This document shows positions 38,470 through 51,700 of a stretch of DNA of 64,000 nucleotides, one piece after another (positions within the stretch are counted from its first letter, which is position 1; each line of letters opens with the position of its first letter). A model generated the notes under the pieces. The model was given only the letters and a program-made list of their open reading frames with translations, searched no databases and was not told where the DNA came from. Source of the stretch: Rhynchobatus australiae (lineage: Eukaryota); contig JAUZTB010000063.1 in the NCBI GenBank assembly GCA_034780895.1, positions 20,936,431 through 21,000,430 on the forward strand, in the 5' to 3' direction. Made by a program: the position numbers and the translations under genes.

Positions 38470-39085
38470 GGGGCAATTAATCCTGCAATAATTGACATAC
38501 AAGACGTTGATGAGGCTGCACTTAGAGTATTGTTGTTTAGTTTTGGTCACCCTGCATTAGAAAAGATGCCATTAAGCTAGAAAGAGTGCAGAAAAGATTT
38601 ACAAGGATGTTGCTAGAACTCGATGGATTGAGTTATTGGGAGAGGTTAGACAGGCTAGGACTTTATTCCTTGGAGTGTAAGAGACTGAGAGGTGATCTTA
38701 TAGAAGTGTATAAAATCATNNNNNNNNNNNNNNNNNNNNNNNNNNNNNNNNNNNNNNNNNNNNNNNNNNNNNNNNNNNNNNNNNNNNNNNNNNNNNNNNN
38801 NNNNNNNNNNNNTGAGAGGGGAAGTATGTTACAGGAACCTATGGGGAAAGGTTTTCCACACAGAGGGTGGCACGTATATGGAACGAGCTGTCAGAGGAAG
38901 TGGTTGAGGCAGGTACAATTACAAAATGTAAAAGCCATTTGGACAAGAACATGGAAAGGAAAGGTTTAGAAAGATATGGGTCAAACATGGGCAAATGGGA
39001 ATCGCTTAGATGGGTTTCGTGATCAGCATGGATGAGTTGGGCCGAAGGGCCTGTTTCCTTGCTCTATTACTCTATGACTCTATGA
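38470..39085 (+). mobile_element. CR1-type LINE 3' end
   Basis: QKRFTRMLLELDGLSYWERLDRLGLYSLECKRLRGDLIEVYKI; tail ending actctatgactctatga. Confidence 0.9.
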
Positions 39086-40499
39086 CCTGGCAAGTTATAC
39101 GTGTTCCATTTGACATGCTGCAATCTAACCACTTCAGTCTGTTATATTATCAGGATTTGCTGAACCATGTGTGTCACTTTTCTAGAAACTGCAAATGTTA
39201 TTTTCTGTATTTTCAGGATATGAATTCAGTTCAGTTTCATAAAAATAGGTTAGCCTTTGAGGATAATGAGAACTTAAGAACTTATTCCAAATATCTTGCA
39301 ACAACAGAAGAAACTACATGCAGCACATGGTCTCTGAATCTGGTAACGCTGACTTCAAGAGCAGCAAACTGCCAAGGACTAATTCTAGCCCACTCTAATT
39401 TAAACACTTCTTGTAAAATATTCCTCTTTAAAGGAATGCCCAGAATAACATGACCTATAATCTTGTGGTTAACTTGTGCTGAAGGTTTGCTCTTTCTTTC
39501 AAACACATCACTGTGTCAATGACCAAGAATAACTTCTGATTGGTCGCTTTAGATATCTCTTACTGAAGACAGCCAGCATTTTCAGTGCTTCTCTTTGCCA
39601 ATTTTATCATGGTTTGGCTTACAGTTAAATTCTAATGCTTTTTTCAGTGTTATGCAACTAATAAAGCAATTTTTCTGCAGAATGAAACATGATAACGAGA
39701 CATTGTAATGTTTCACTACAGAAATGTGACTGCACACTTCCTGGCATGAATCAACCCTGTGTCCTGATTGAGAATTCCACACTATGGATGTGCATCATTC
39801 CCTGAACCTGCTCCTTACAGAGCACAGTTGGAGAATTGGACCACATTGTCCTGTGGGCAACCACCGTGGTCTTCACAATGTAACCTGCCAGGTAAGTGAA
39901 TTATTCACCATCATTTGACCTCCTCCCTGGGCTGCAACGACACCCATCAATTCTCAATCTTCAAACTCCCCCCTACCTCTGATACAAACCATCACTTGTG
40001 TGTTTACCTTCCTTGAAATGCTAATCTCTGATCCATCTTATTGCAGTCTCCTGACCACCCCTCTCCCCCCCCAACCCCTTCTCTCTTCACTCACTCAATC
40101 CCTCCCTCTATCTATNNNNNNNNNNNNNNNNNNNNNNNNNNNNNNNNNNNNNNNNNNNNNNNNNNNNNNNNNNNNNNNNNNNNNNNNNNNNNNNNNNNNN
40201 NNNNNNNNNNNNNNNACTGACACCTTGTGGCCGTGCCTCTGGTAAACAGCCTTTCCTTGTTCTTTTGAACTAATCTGTGACCTTTGACTGCACGCAGTCA
40301 GAGCGCACTGAAAGAGGACACTTGGTACATTGATTTTTTGCCATAAGTTTGGTATCATTGGCAAATTTTGAAGTTTTATTCTGAATTCCAATATCCAAGT
40401 AATTTTATATATGTAAGCAAAACCACAACCTTACCACTGAATCTTGGGGAATGCCACTAAATTTAGCACAGTTTGTTGCTTTCTGTTCTCAAGCTAGTT

Positions 40500-40950
40500 G
40501 TTTTTCAACCAAGCCTACAATGGACACTAACACTGCAATTCCACGAGCGTCCATTTTGTTAACCTCCATTATGTTGTACTTTGTTAAATGGTTTCCTAAA
40601 ATCTATTTAGAAAACATCCACTGCCTTTCTTTCAAGCTTCTCTGTCAAAAGGCTCAGTTAGGTTAGCCAAACACGGTCTGCCTTTTACAACTCTGTGCTC
40701 ACTCTCCTCAAATAACTCAAACGCTTTTTAACTTCTAGGATTATTGTTCCTAGAACTTTATCATCAAAGTTAGACAGACTGTCCTGTAATTGCATGGAAT
40801 ACCTATAAAGCTTTTCTTGAACAAGGATGTCATATTTGTCACTTTTCAATGCTTTGGCAATTTCCCCTGTATCTAGGAAAAATTAGAAGATAATAGAAAC
40901 CTCTTCCATTATCTCCACCTTCACTTCCCTTTACAATATGATCTTCTAGC
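40500..40950 (-). mobile_element. Old CR1-like RT fragment
   Basis: gttagacagactgtcctgtaatt (reverse of NYRxVxLT), ttgaacaaggatgtcatatttg, and tccattatctccacc. Confidence 0.55.
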
Positions 40951-43900
40951 TAGCCTTTCTCCTTCTATCCTCTGTAAACTTGTTCACTGACTTTCACTTG
41001 ATCAGGGTTAAGCAATGCTTTGATTTTAACGCTTCTAACCATTTTCAAATCCACCCAAGACCTCTCCATTTGCTAATTCTATCATTTCTAGCCCTACAAC
41101 CTTCCACTCATTAAAACGTTTTTGTCTCCACCTCTCTTTTCTCCTTAAAATCCACCTCTATGAAAAAGTTGATCTAATATCACCACATGTGGCTTGGCAT
41201 CAAATCAGAGGAGGTTTTTTGAGATTCTGTGGATTTTACTAGCTTTTACTTGGATATTAAAATGTGTTATCTATTTTAAGATTCAATAATAAACCATGTA
41301 CAATTCATGACTTTTTTTTACTCTCCCTTGCAAGTAACCTTGAAGGGAGTTACAAGTTTGATGGCTTTTTGCTGACATAAATGGTAAACTGAGTGAGGGC
41401 TGAACTGACTGAAGCATGTTGGGTTGAAGTTTTTCCTTAAAAAGTTCCTATTTTGATTCAGTATCTGACCTTGGACAGTAGTTATAAACCATAAATGAAG
41501 AGTTGATGCCAATTGGAATATTCCACACTGACACTACAATTATACAGTGACAAGACCTTTGTTTATTTGCTCATATTCTCAAAAGATCTGTCTGAGATTG
41601 GTCCTATCCATGCAAGGGAGATGAATTCATATATATGCATTTATTAATTTTAACAACTTAAGCAACACTGCTGTTGCAATGATACATGCTCGTTCCAGTC
41701 CTTCTCATTCACAGGGTCTTCAAGTTAATGACTCTCACTGATCACATCAGCATTCATTCGCTCAAAAATATTCAAACAAGTGAACAGAAGTATTTAAAAC
41801 TAAGATCTTCAAACAGGTACTTGGTCTTGAAAAGAAACTCTAGGGGGAAAAGGAGCAAGGAGAAACATCTAATTAATATTTTCAGAGGCCATTTTAAATC
41901 CAGCTGCAGTGTATTCTCGGCAAGTGAGGGTGATACATTTACAATTCTCTTTCACAGACCTGACAGGATACATAAATCTCCAGTAAGATGTAATGTGGTC
42001 TTGTGGAAGCTATTCAGAATAATGGTCCTGCCTTCCCCTATACGTGTTGTTCAGCTGTTAGCAAACAGTACCAGTCTTTATGGAATAAGTTTTCGACACA
42101 ACACCAAAGAATTGTGAAAACAAGTAGTTAGAGTGGATAATTGTGAGAAATAGATCAGACTTGTTTCCATTTCCTGAAATGTTTCACGCAGCCAACTTGA
42201 ATCTAAAGCTGTGGATTAAGAAATTTGACTCTTTTAACACTCACAGGAGTTTAACATCAAATAAATTGAAAGTGCACAGAAAAAGTTTGGGTTGGACTTT
42301 GGGATTTCATCATGTTTCTTTGGCTTTCAAAGTGCTGAGGAACCTCAGTTTCAATGTTGAGCTGTCAGCCCCCTCAACACGTTTGGCACACAGGTTTCAT
42401 TCTCTCAGTTCCCAGTTAGGCTTTGGATTCGCTGGCTGACCAGATCAAAAGAAACATCCTCAGGAGTAAAGAACACACCATTTGCTGTTTTCTTCAGCAT
42501 CAGGCTACTGGGTCAGGAAACAAAGAATTGCTCTTGGCCCTCAAGATCCCCTTTGTCCAGCGGAAGGAAAACACTTGAGATGGGCAAATGCCATAAAAAT
42601 GAGAGGCAAGAAATAGATGTTTGCAATATTGAGAGCTACTGTGTAAAAATTGAGGGTCCTGAACACTTTGCGTAAAACCCTTTAGTCCTGAGCTTCACAT
42701 GGGGTGGGAGTCAAGCCAAAATGATCACTCCACACAGAGTCAGGAGTGAAGCCAAGGGTTTTAACTTCAGGGCTTCATACTTTTTGTCTAAGTAAATTTG
42801 AAACTGGTAGATGACGACCACTCAATGATGGGCTGGAACACAAGGCTGGGTGCAGGAGGTCGTCACTGGGCAGTGAAGAGGCAGCACCTAGCACCTGATT
42901 AAGCTGGAGGAAGAATGTTTCAGGAGGGCCTGGCAAGGCTAAATGCAAGTCAAGGGAAGAAAGGAGTATTCTACTTATCTGATCACAGTGGGAAGTTTGC
43001 ATTCTCTTTGTATATTTTGGGCTACAGGCAATGTACAAAGTTTTCAGACAGAAGGATGTGAAGGAACGTGGTCAGTGATCCATTAATATGTCTCTGCTCC
43101 AGCATTTTATTATTAAAGTGAAAAACAAGTCCACCCACAAAACTTGATTGTTTTCAGTGATCTGCAACATTTCCAACCATCATACCAGTGGTCTCTTAAA
43201 ACAGAAATTCATCTTCTTGAAGTGTTGGTATGGTAAACTCTCTGATGGTTGGATGAATTGCATGTCTCATCTGATTTGGCACAGGTGAAGGCTGAGCCTG
43301 GGAGAACATCCAACCAGAAATGTTAGTTACCATTTGAGATGGGAGTTCTGGGATCTTTAGGCTTGTGTTTCACAAAGCAATCCTTTTGTTTACTTATACT
43401 GTATGTCTGCAATGATTTTCCTACTGATTTGTTTTTAGTAGCAAGTCAGGAGCCAGAGTTCTTCCAATGAAGAGTAAATGGTTGTATGGAGATGTTACAC
43501 CTGGCTTTCATTTCAGCCATTGTTATATTTACGTTAAAACCCTAAATTGATGGCTTGGTGACTGTGACAGGTGGCTGCAGGTTTAGGAATGACCTGTCAT
43601 CAGGCTGAAGTGGATCATCTATTTTAAATAAGCCCAATACCCTGGAATTAGATTAAGCTGCAGGCTTAAAAGAAAATAATACCCAGGGTAGATATAATTA
43701 CTAATATAATCTAAATATGCTACTCTTGGTTAGCAGACCTTGTATAATCACAGGAACCTATCTAAACACAATGAATTTTTCCACCTCTTATTAATTTTTT
43801 TTCTGATCAATAAGACATATCACTGATTAAAGATTTTGTTTGTGTGGTATTATTTAAATACTTCTTCCTTCTAAAGTGTTGGTAAAATTAAATTTACTTA

Positions 43901-44964
43901 TCCCACCCTTGTACTTTTGCCAGGATGTCCCTGTAAACTAATCACTAACAGGCTCTGAAGAATAGCATTAAGTTGATTTGTCCTTATTTGGGCTGTCATG
44001 ATCACATCAGTGGCTAATTGCTAGAACATGGGCAGCTCTGAGGGAATACAAATTGGTATGTGCTTTTATTGAGGATTATGCAACCATTGACATTTGCAGT
44101 TTGTAGGAACTTGTGTGTAAATTGGCTGCACTGTTTCCAATTTTCCAATAGTGACTACGCTTCAAAAGAAATTCATTGCAGTGGATGACATGAGGTGGTG
44201 AATGGAACTATATACATGTATTTCTTTTCCTTTAATTTTGATGTGCTGGATATCCTTCAGTTACACAGTTTGATCTGTTCACCTCACATATGACAAGTCC
44301 ATTTTCATTCCATTTTCTCCCAAGTATTGTATACCTGTACAGTTATTCTCAGCGGAAATCATCTGTAATATGAGGGAGCCATCTAAAGCTGCTGGCTAGC
44401 ATGGTTGACCAATGATAAGATATCAAACGGTGGGTACATTACACATTTTTAAATAAATGAAGTTTGATACAGTTGTGGGGCCGTGCAAATGACACTTGCA
44501 GTGAAAAGAGAAGAAATACATGTTGAAAAAATGGGCTAAAGGTTGGGTGGAGTTGTTGAATTTTTGCCCCATGAAGTACTGGAGATTTCAGACGAAAGGC
44601 TGCATTTTTTTATGAATTGTGTTGAATGATGACTCCAGCGCTGTTATACACCAAACAGCTGCCTCAGTCACATCAGCCAAGAGTTTATGATTTCTTCAGT
44701 CTTGGCCAAACGGAGAACAGCCAGTGATTACACAAACAGCTTTCAGACTTGAATATTTTAATGAGAAACACACTTTTAGTTAGAGATTCCTCTGAAACAT
44801 TTATTATTTTTCAAAGGAAAGCACCTAATTTCACATTTTGAAAACCTGCCAACTGCAATGAATCACTGCCACTTCATCAGAGTATGTGTGCACAAAGCTG
44901 TTTTTGAAAAGGTGGGGTTGAGTTTATTCATTCTGTTGATAATTCACAACATATCTTATACTTA

Positions 44965-45265
44965 TACCGACACAGAAGAAGGCCATTCTGACTATCAGCT
45001 CCACACTGGTTTGCAGGAGAGCCATCCCATTCCTCCTCTCCTTACTTCCTTATGGCCCTTCAATTTATTCTCTCTCACACATGTCCATCAACTCCCTTTT
45101 ACTTGCTTTTGCCATTAACCTACATTATGAGGTTATATACAGCAGCCAATTAACCTACCAGTCTGTCTTTGGGATATGGGAGGAAACTGGAGCACCTGGA
45201 GGAAACCGGAGCACCTGGAGGAAACCCAAGCAGTCACAGGGAGAACTACTGTACCATCATGCTGT
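44965..45265 (-). mobile_element. tRNA-derived SINE (HE1/V-SINE-like) with a short internal tandem duplication
   Basis: tgtctttgggatatgggaggaaactggagcacctggaggaaaccggagcacctggaggaaaccca...cacagggagaac is the reverse of the SINE central domain at 54915-54975. Confidence 0.75.
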
Positions 45266-45613
45266 CCTTTATAGTCACAAAACATTAAAGAGAGAACATT
45301 TGTAATTTGCATTGTGATTTCTTTCATGATCAGTTGCAGATCATCTCATTATCAGTCCACAACAAAGTGATGGTTTATTACCCTTTATCAGTGGAGACGA
45401 TACAATCACTGAACTTTCATTCCCACTTGTAGCCAGTATTAGCACAAAAAATATCATATCAAGGTGGTTTTATGTTTATAATCTCAAACTTCACCCAAGG
45501 TGTTACCTGAGCCCCTCAATTAGATCACTTTTTTAGTCCATAACATGCAAACTTTGCTAGTCAATCCCATTAATGTAGCAAGATGACAAGCAAAACTCAC
45601 TTGTAATTATGTA

Positions 45614-45785
45614 AACATAGAACATAGAAGAGTAGAACACAGAATGGGCCCTTCAGCAGACCTATATAAACCTACTTCATGATCAATCTAACCCTTCCCT
45701 CCATTTTTCTTCCATCCATGTGCCTATCTAAGAGTTTCTTAAATATCCCAATTGAGTCAGCCTCTACCACCACTCCCGGCAGTTG
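45614..45785 (-). mobile_element. Short CR1 3'-tail fragment
   Basis: aacatagaacatagaa...gggcccttc...tgcctatctaagagtttcttaaa...cctctaccaccac; reverse of the 4068-4655 tail type. Confidence 0.75.
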
Positions 45786-48700
45786 TTCTGTGTGAATCTG
45801 CTGCACCTTCTAAGGTTTCACATGATTTATCTGATAAACTCATATGAACACCATTTTCATCAAATTAGTTAAAATTGGTCACTTTTTGCAAAGTTACACT
45901 CACCTTGTTATTCCAACTTTTATTAAATACTAGATTTATTTTTAAATGATTTACAAATAGGATTGGTCTGAGAAATGGCATATACTCAATGGATTAAATG
46001 ACTTCCTTCCATGCGATTAACAATTATGAACATACACCTACACTAAATTCTGATTTCTGATACAAAGAAAAGTGCATAAACTCACTCTGATCCACTGGAT
46101 AAAATATAAATTGGTTCCAGGTTGACACTGTTCCTTTAAGAGTTACAACCGAACATATTTCAGGCTCATTTGTAGGTTAGGCAATTTTTCATAAAGTTAG
46201 TGGAGTTCTGTGAACCACTTCTCTTACACTAATTGTAATTACAGACATGTACCAAGGATAACTTTGAAAACACTATAACATTTTGGAATAAGGTTTACAA
46301 CGTTCATTCTGTAAAAAGAGGACATAAAAAGCTTTTAAAAAGGGAAAAAAAAGACCTCCAGAGATCAAAAGAAAAACAACACAAAGGCTGTTAATCATAA
46401 ATAAAATCTGGAAGCAACAGGAACATAAATAATTAACAATATTCTTTGTAAGATAGATATGGTTCTGTTGTGAGGGAGAACTTTAGCAGAATTGCACTTC
46501 AGAAAGGGCCAGACTCAAAGTGTTAACTTATCTTTCCATTTCAGATGCTGATGGAATTGCTGTCCAGATCCGATGTTCCCTGTTTGAATTTACAGAACTG
46601 TTCATTCCAAATTGTACAAATAGTAATGCTTTCTAGATATTTTTCCAATTAGAGAAATCTAATTTTGCATGCCACATCTATGCTAATGCAGCAACTTCAT
46701 TGGATGTGCAGAAGAGGAGAGAGTAACTGACCTGTCATCTGAAAGCAAATGTCAAAGAAACTTTAATTCTGTAGAATATTATACAATGTGAGATCGAGCT
46801 CTCAACTTAATTGAGAGAACACAAATTGACAAATGGAAATTGAAATAAAATTGACATCAAATAAAACATTCAGGAATAGCTTCAATGTTTTTCAGTGCAT
46901 TTAGTGAGTTCTTCACATTTTCTGTTCCTCTGCACATTGGCTGCTGTGCATTGATTTTGCCTTAGGGCACCAGGTTGGATGTTCAACCACAGAGTTATGA
47001 TCATGTTGACCAAATGGTATCTGAGACCATCTCACGTTCCCCACACCCACAGGAAGTCTGCATGATGTTTCAGGTGATGCTGTTAGCAATATCAGTGGGC
47101 TATGTGGCTATGGATGTTTGGCGGAAGATGAATTGAATTAGCAGGCTGTTCAATGAGCCAATACATTCAGCCAAGTGTTCCTAGCCAATTTTGATAGTTG
47201 AATGCATATGTTTAAGGGAGCAAGGAAACTCTGAATAACAGCACATAATTCTCTTCTAATGACACAGGGTGGGAGTTCCCTGGTCCTGTAATCTGAAAAT
47301 AACACTGGGATGACTGTTTTGTTGGAAGATTAAATACTGCTCCTTTCAGACAACTTCTCTCCCTTCCCTCTCCTGGCCTAACCACATGATTCATCACTTG
47401 CAGCTGAGAGGCCAGACCAGTGATTTGTCACTTTGAATCCAGCCACCTTGAGATGCAGTTGAGCGATCTGGGTTAGGCCTTCCTCCAACTCTTTGTCTGC
47501 AACCTCCTAGCTTTAGATTTTGCTGAAACTTCTTGCTCTTTTCTGTCTCTGTGATTTTCACCAGCTGCTAAAGCAAATCTTCTGGGCTCGCCAACATCTT
47601 TGTGCTGTTTCATCCACCTGCTTTTGCAAATTTCAAGGCATCTCTGCGCTATCAGTTTCTGGGCGGATAGTAGTCAAGTGAGAGACCTGTGACCAACAAG
47701 ACCAGTACTATCCACTCCACTTCTGCATCATGCCATGTGCTCTCAATGGCTTCACCGGAGAGTAACCATGATGCACTGGCTCCAATAACAACCCTCCCAA
47801 TCTGCAGAGATGGAATAGCGCTACCTGTTCACATCTTTTGTATTTGGCCACGGGCATGGCAGGAGAGCTCCATGGGTGCATGACACAGCAAATAAGAAAA
47901 ATAATAAAATTAAACACAGGGGGCGAATTTCTACACGGGGAGCAACATCACAACATCACTGAAGGTTCAGGCTGGAAATTAGTTAAACCCCCAATAGATG
48001 CTATTTATCATGATCAAAGCTTACCTTAAACAGAATCAGTCACAATGACAAAGAAGGAATGATTATACTTCAGGGATATTACAACACGACGAACAAGAAC
48101 AGTTCTGCTATCTGAATCTTGAAATCAAGTGCCATTACTTCCCAAGTGTATTGAAAGCAAAATGAAATTGTTCCTCTCTGGAAATTAATCATAAGTTCCG
48201 GACAAAGAAAAGGCAACTTCAGCTAATAAAGCCGATTGTCGATAAGAGGTCTGCTCCTTTGCATAACTAAATAAAGCTCTCTAAGCGTTTTCTCACAATA
48301 TTTTCTTTTGAAATATCACCAATGTACAACAAATTAGAAAAGGGCTAAATGTTCCCGTATTTATGGAAATGGTGGGAATTTATTTGCAACTCTGTGTGAT
48401 ATATATTTTCACATTGTAATTTGAAAAAACTATCAGAGACATTTTATAAGCTACAGTAACAACCCTCTCAGAGTTAGTAGTGATATCAAAATTTCAGCCA
48501 AAACAACCAAGACTGGATGAAAATAAAAGGCATGGTCAGAGATCAAGAGAGTGAGTGGTGGATCCTCACTGTTAGTGATGTGAGTTAGCTGTCCCTACCC
48601 CGAGAAGGAGCCATAGGGTGGGAAGATAATGCTGTGCCCACAACAAGGTCAATAGCCGGGTAACACAGAAACTAGATTGGCTAAAGGCCATTTCAAATCC

Positions 48701-51700
48701 CTTAATGGTCTCATTTAGGAGAGAGAGTGATGATATTGGCAGCGCTGCTAATCTAGTGATACAAATCACTGCCATTGGATCCTGTAAAAGGCTCAAATTA
48801 CCATCCTTGCAATACTTTGACATTTAGAAACTGCAAAGCTCAGAACAAGACCATTGAAGAAACAGGACAATCCATTATGAAATAGTTCAATAACACACTA
48901 TTTTTGCATGTTAGCAGTTGGACACTAAATCCATTATGAAATTCTAATGGGAGTTAGAATTGTACATTGTGTGGAATGTTAGATTCTCACATAGATCTTG
49001 GTGCACAAATGTGCATTTGCTCTCTCATCCAGCAATATGCTGCCAGAAGCTATCAGGCCAGTATGTAAACAGCAGGTCTCTCTTAGGGTCATGTCACTGG
49101 CTAAAGTCAATATTCAGCTGTCACCTAGCAGCTGCAAAGGAAAAGACACAATGAATACTCCATCTGTCACAGGTGTCACCCAGAATGATAACCATCTGCT
49201 CCTTTCCCTACATGGCACCCTCATGCCATTTTGCTGCCTCATTGTGTAGCTGTTGGGGTATCTTTAAATTAGGTAATTAAAGATTGAAATATAATAAATA
49301 AATCAATCATATTTCTTAGATTGTTTTCCTTAATGCAATGATATTTCAAATTCCTTGCTAATGAAGACTCTGTTTCATTAAGAAAAATCAATTCAGAATT
49401 GCAATCAATTAAGGAAAAGCAGCAACCAACTAAAATAAGTTCAAAATTGTAGTCCTTGAGGTGCCTCTAATACATTCATGGGAAAATAAAGCCTCTTGAC
49501 TTGAAAAAAAGGAAAAGACAAAGTTCCTACAATTTTGGAATCCATCAGGCTTTAAAATTTAATCTTTACTTACTACTATCTTAATCCATGCGTTTTGCCA
49601 CTTTCTCAAATCCCTTCCCTCATTGTTCATTTAAGTGGTGCTGCCGTTATGTCATAACATCCAAGGCTGACATTACATTCCCACACTCAGCAGCAATGGT
49701 TCTTCCTCCTCTGTCCATTTTATGAATGACAGCACTATACACAATAAATGCCCTGAAGGTCACATCAGTAAAACAGCAGCAATGGTAGGATTATCAGAGG
49801 CTGCACCCTAACTATGTGAGCTACTCAGTCTGTAGTGAAAATTAAAATGAACACATGGGTTTCCAAACAGAGCACTGAGAGCAGCAAAATGAACTTTCCT
49901 TCCATCACCACGTCCTAGCAACAGTATAAGCACAGTGGAAAGATTCCCTTTGATTAACCAGTCATTATTACAGACTGTTGAGCACTCGAGTCACTTAGAA
50001 AATAGGATATAACAATCAATGCACTGGGCTCCATTCATTCTTCTGAATTTTTTCATGTTTTTGCTCAAAATTGAAGCTATGGTGATGACGTTCAGTTTGG
50101 GCAGGGTTGCAAAACAAACTGCATTGCACCTGCTGAATTTTTCGTGTTCTGTTGATCTTCGGTTCCATTGATTTCAAAGGAGCTGATTACTGAGCAAGGT
50201 GTAGAGTTTGGTGGCAGATGAATCATCCCTAGTAGCATTCATTTAATGTGTGATGAAGGAATAGGTGTGCACTTTACTCCAATCTAAGATTCATTTCCAA
50301 TAGNNNNNNNNNNNNNNNNNNNNNNNNNNNNNNNNNNNNNNNNNNNNNNNNNNNNNNNNNNNNNNNNNNNNNNNNNNNNNNNNNNNNNNNNNNNNNNNNN
50401 NNNNNNNNNNNNNNNNNNNNNNNNNNNNNNNNNNNNNNNNNNNNNNNNNNNNNNNNNNNNNNNNNNNNNNNNNNNNTGCAATAGTTATGGTAAATATTAA
50501 TTGAGAAAAACATATCATATTTTGTACTGTTAAACTAATTGCACATTTAACTAAATCTTTCTGCTTGCTCTTTTAAGTCACAATGGTAATTTCATTAACC
50601 TAAGAGAATTTGTAATATGATTAATATAGGATTTCACTGAAGAAAACATTGAATTGCTCATGCCATCAGGTTGTCAAGAGCCAAAGCCTTCCACAGGGAG
50701 AAGATAATTCCATAAAATATCCGTCTTATCTGATTCTGAAATTAAATACAAAAACACTTTAAATCACAGTATAGTCATAATTGCAGACCAAAGTTATACT
50801 CACAGTTCTTCCAAGTGTTCTCCATCAGTGACAACATAATGGTTGTGATATAAAACTGGTTTAAGAACTGTTAAAACACCATTGCTGCATTCAGTATCAT
50901 CTCTGCCATACTTGGCAAGATGATGCTTTTTGGATTTGCTGAGATTTCCTCATCCCTAGACTTCCCCAAGTAAATCACTACTTTAAAAAAAATAGCTTTT
51001 CTTCTAAACCATTGTCAGTGATAATCATGCCTATGTCTTTGACTTTCAAGTCTGTTCAATCTCCAGGTTAAAGACAACATTGGTAAAATGGCATAGATGT
51101 TTATCAGACTAATGTCGGCAGTGTAGAGAATCTGGGAGAGTACTGTCAGCTTCACTGATAAGTGTGAGATTTGTGAGACGCAGAAAACTCCCCAACTCAA
51201 ACAGTTTTGCTTCTGCACAGGATCACAAACGTGGCAATGTAAGAAGCACTTAGCAAACTCCTAATCGGCAGAATTTCATTATAATCACACTTATACAAAT
51301 TATTCAATTAATTGTAATCAAGATTTGTAATTTCTACTATATTTTGCAACAGCAACAGCTTGCACTTAACATTGAAAAATTTGTGCAAAGTATTTCACAG
51401 AGAGGGAATCAGACCACAACAGGTTGCAAGGTGGTAAAAGGAGGAGGCAATCAAATAGTTGATCAAGTAGTCAAACAATAAAGGAGCGGGAAATGAAACA
51501 GCAGAGGGATGAAATTTTAGAAACCGGAACCATGACAGACAAAAGCATTTCTATATTTGCCACGCAGTACTGATAATGACCGAGTTCAAGTATCCAAATA
51601 TATACCAGCAGAGCAAGAATATAAAGAACAAAGTGTCAGAGTTTCTGAAGTGTTCTCTTGAGAATGTTCATGATCAGTATGTTATGTTCCAACAAAGAAG

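Noticed and set aside
45895-50830. Minus-strand donor-like sites near 45900, 48022 and 50800 as the missing ATG exon
   Set aside because: I could not read a signal peptide or a PRxxLxF-type sema3c N-terminus upstream of them.
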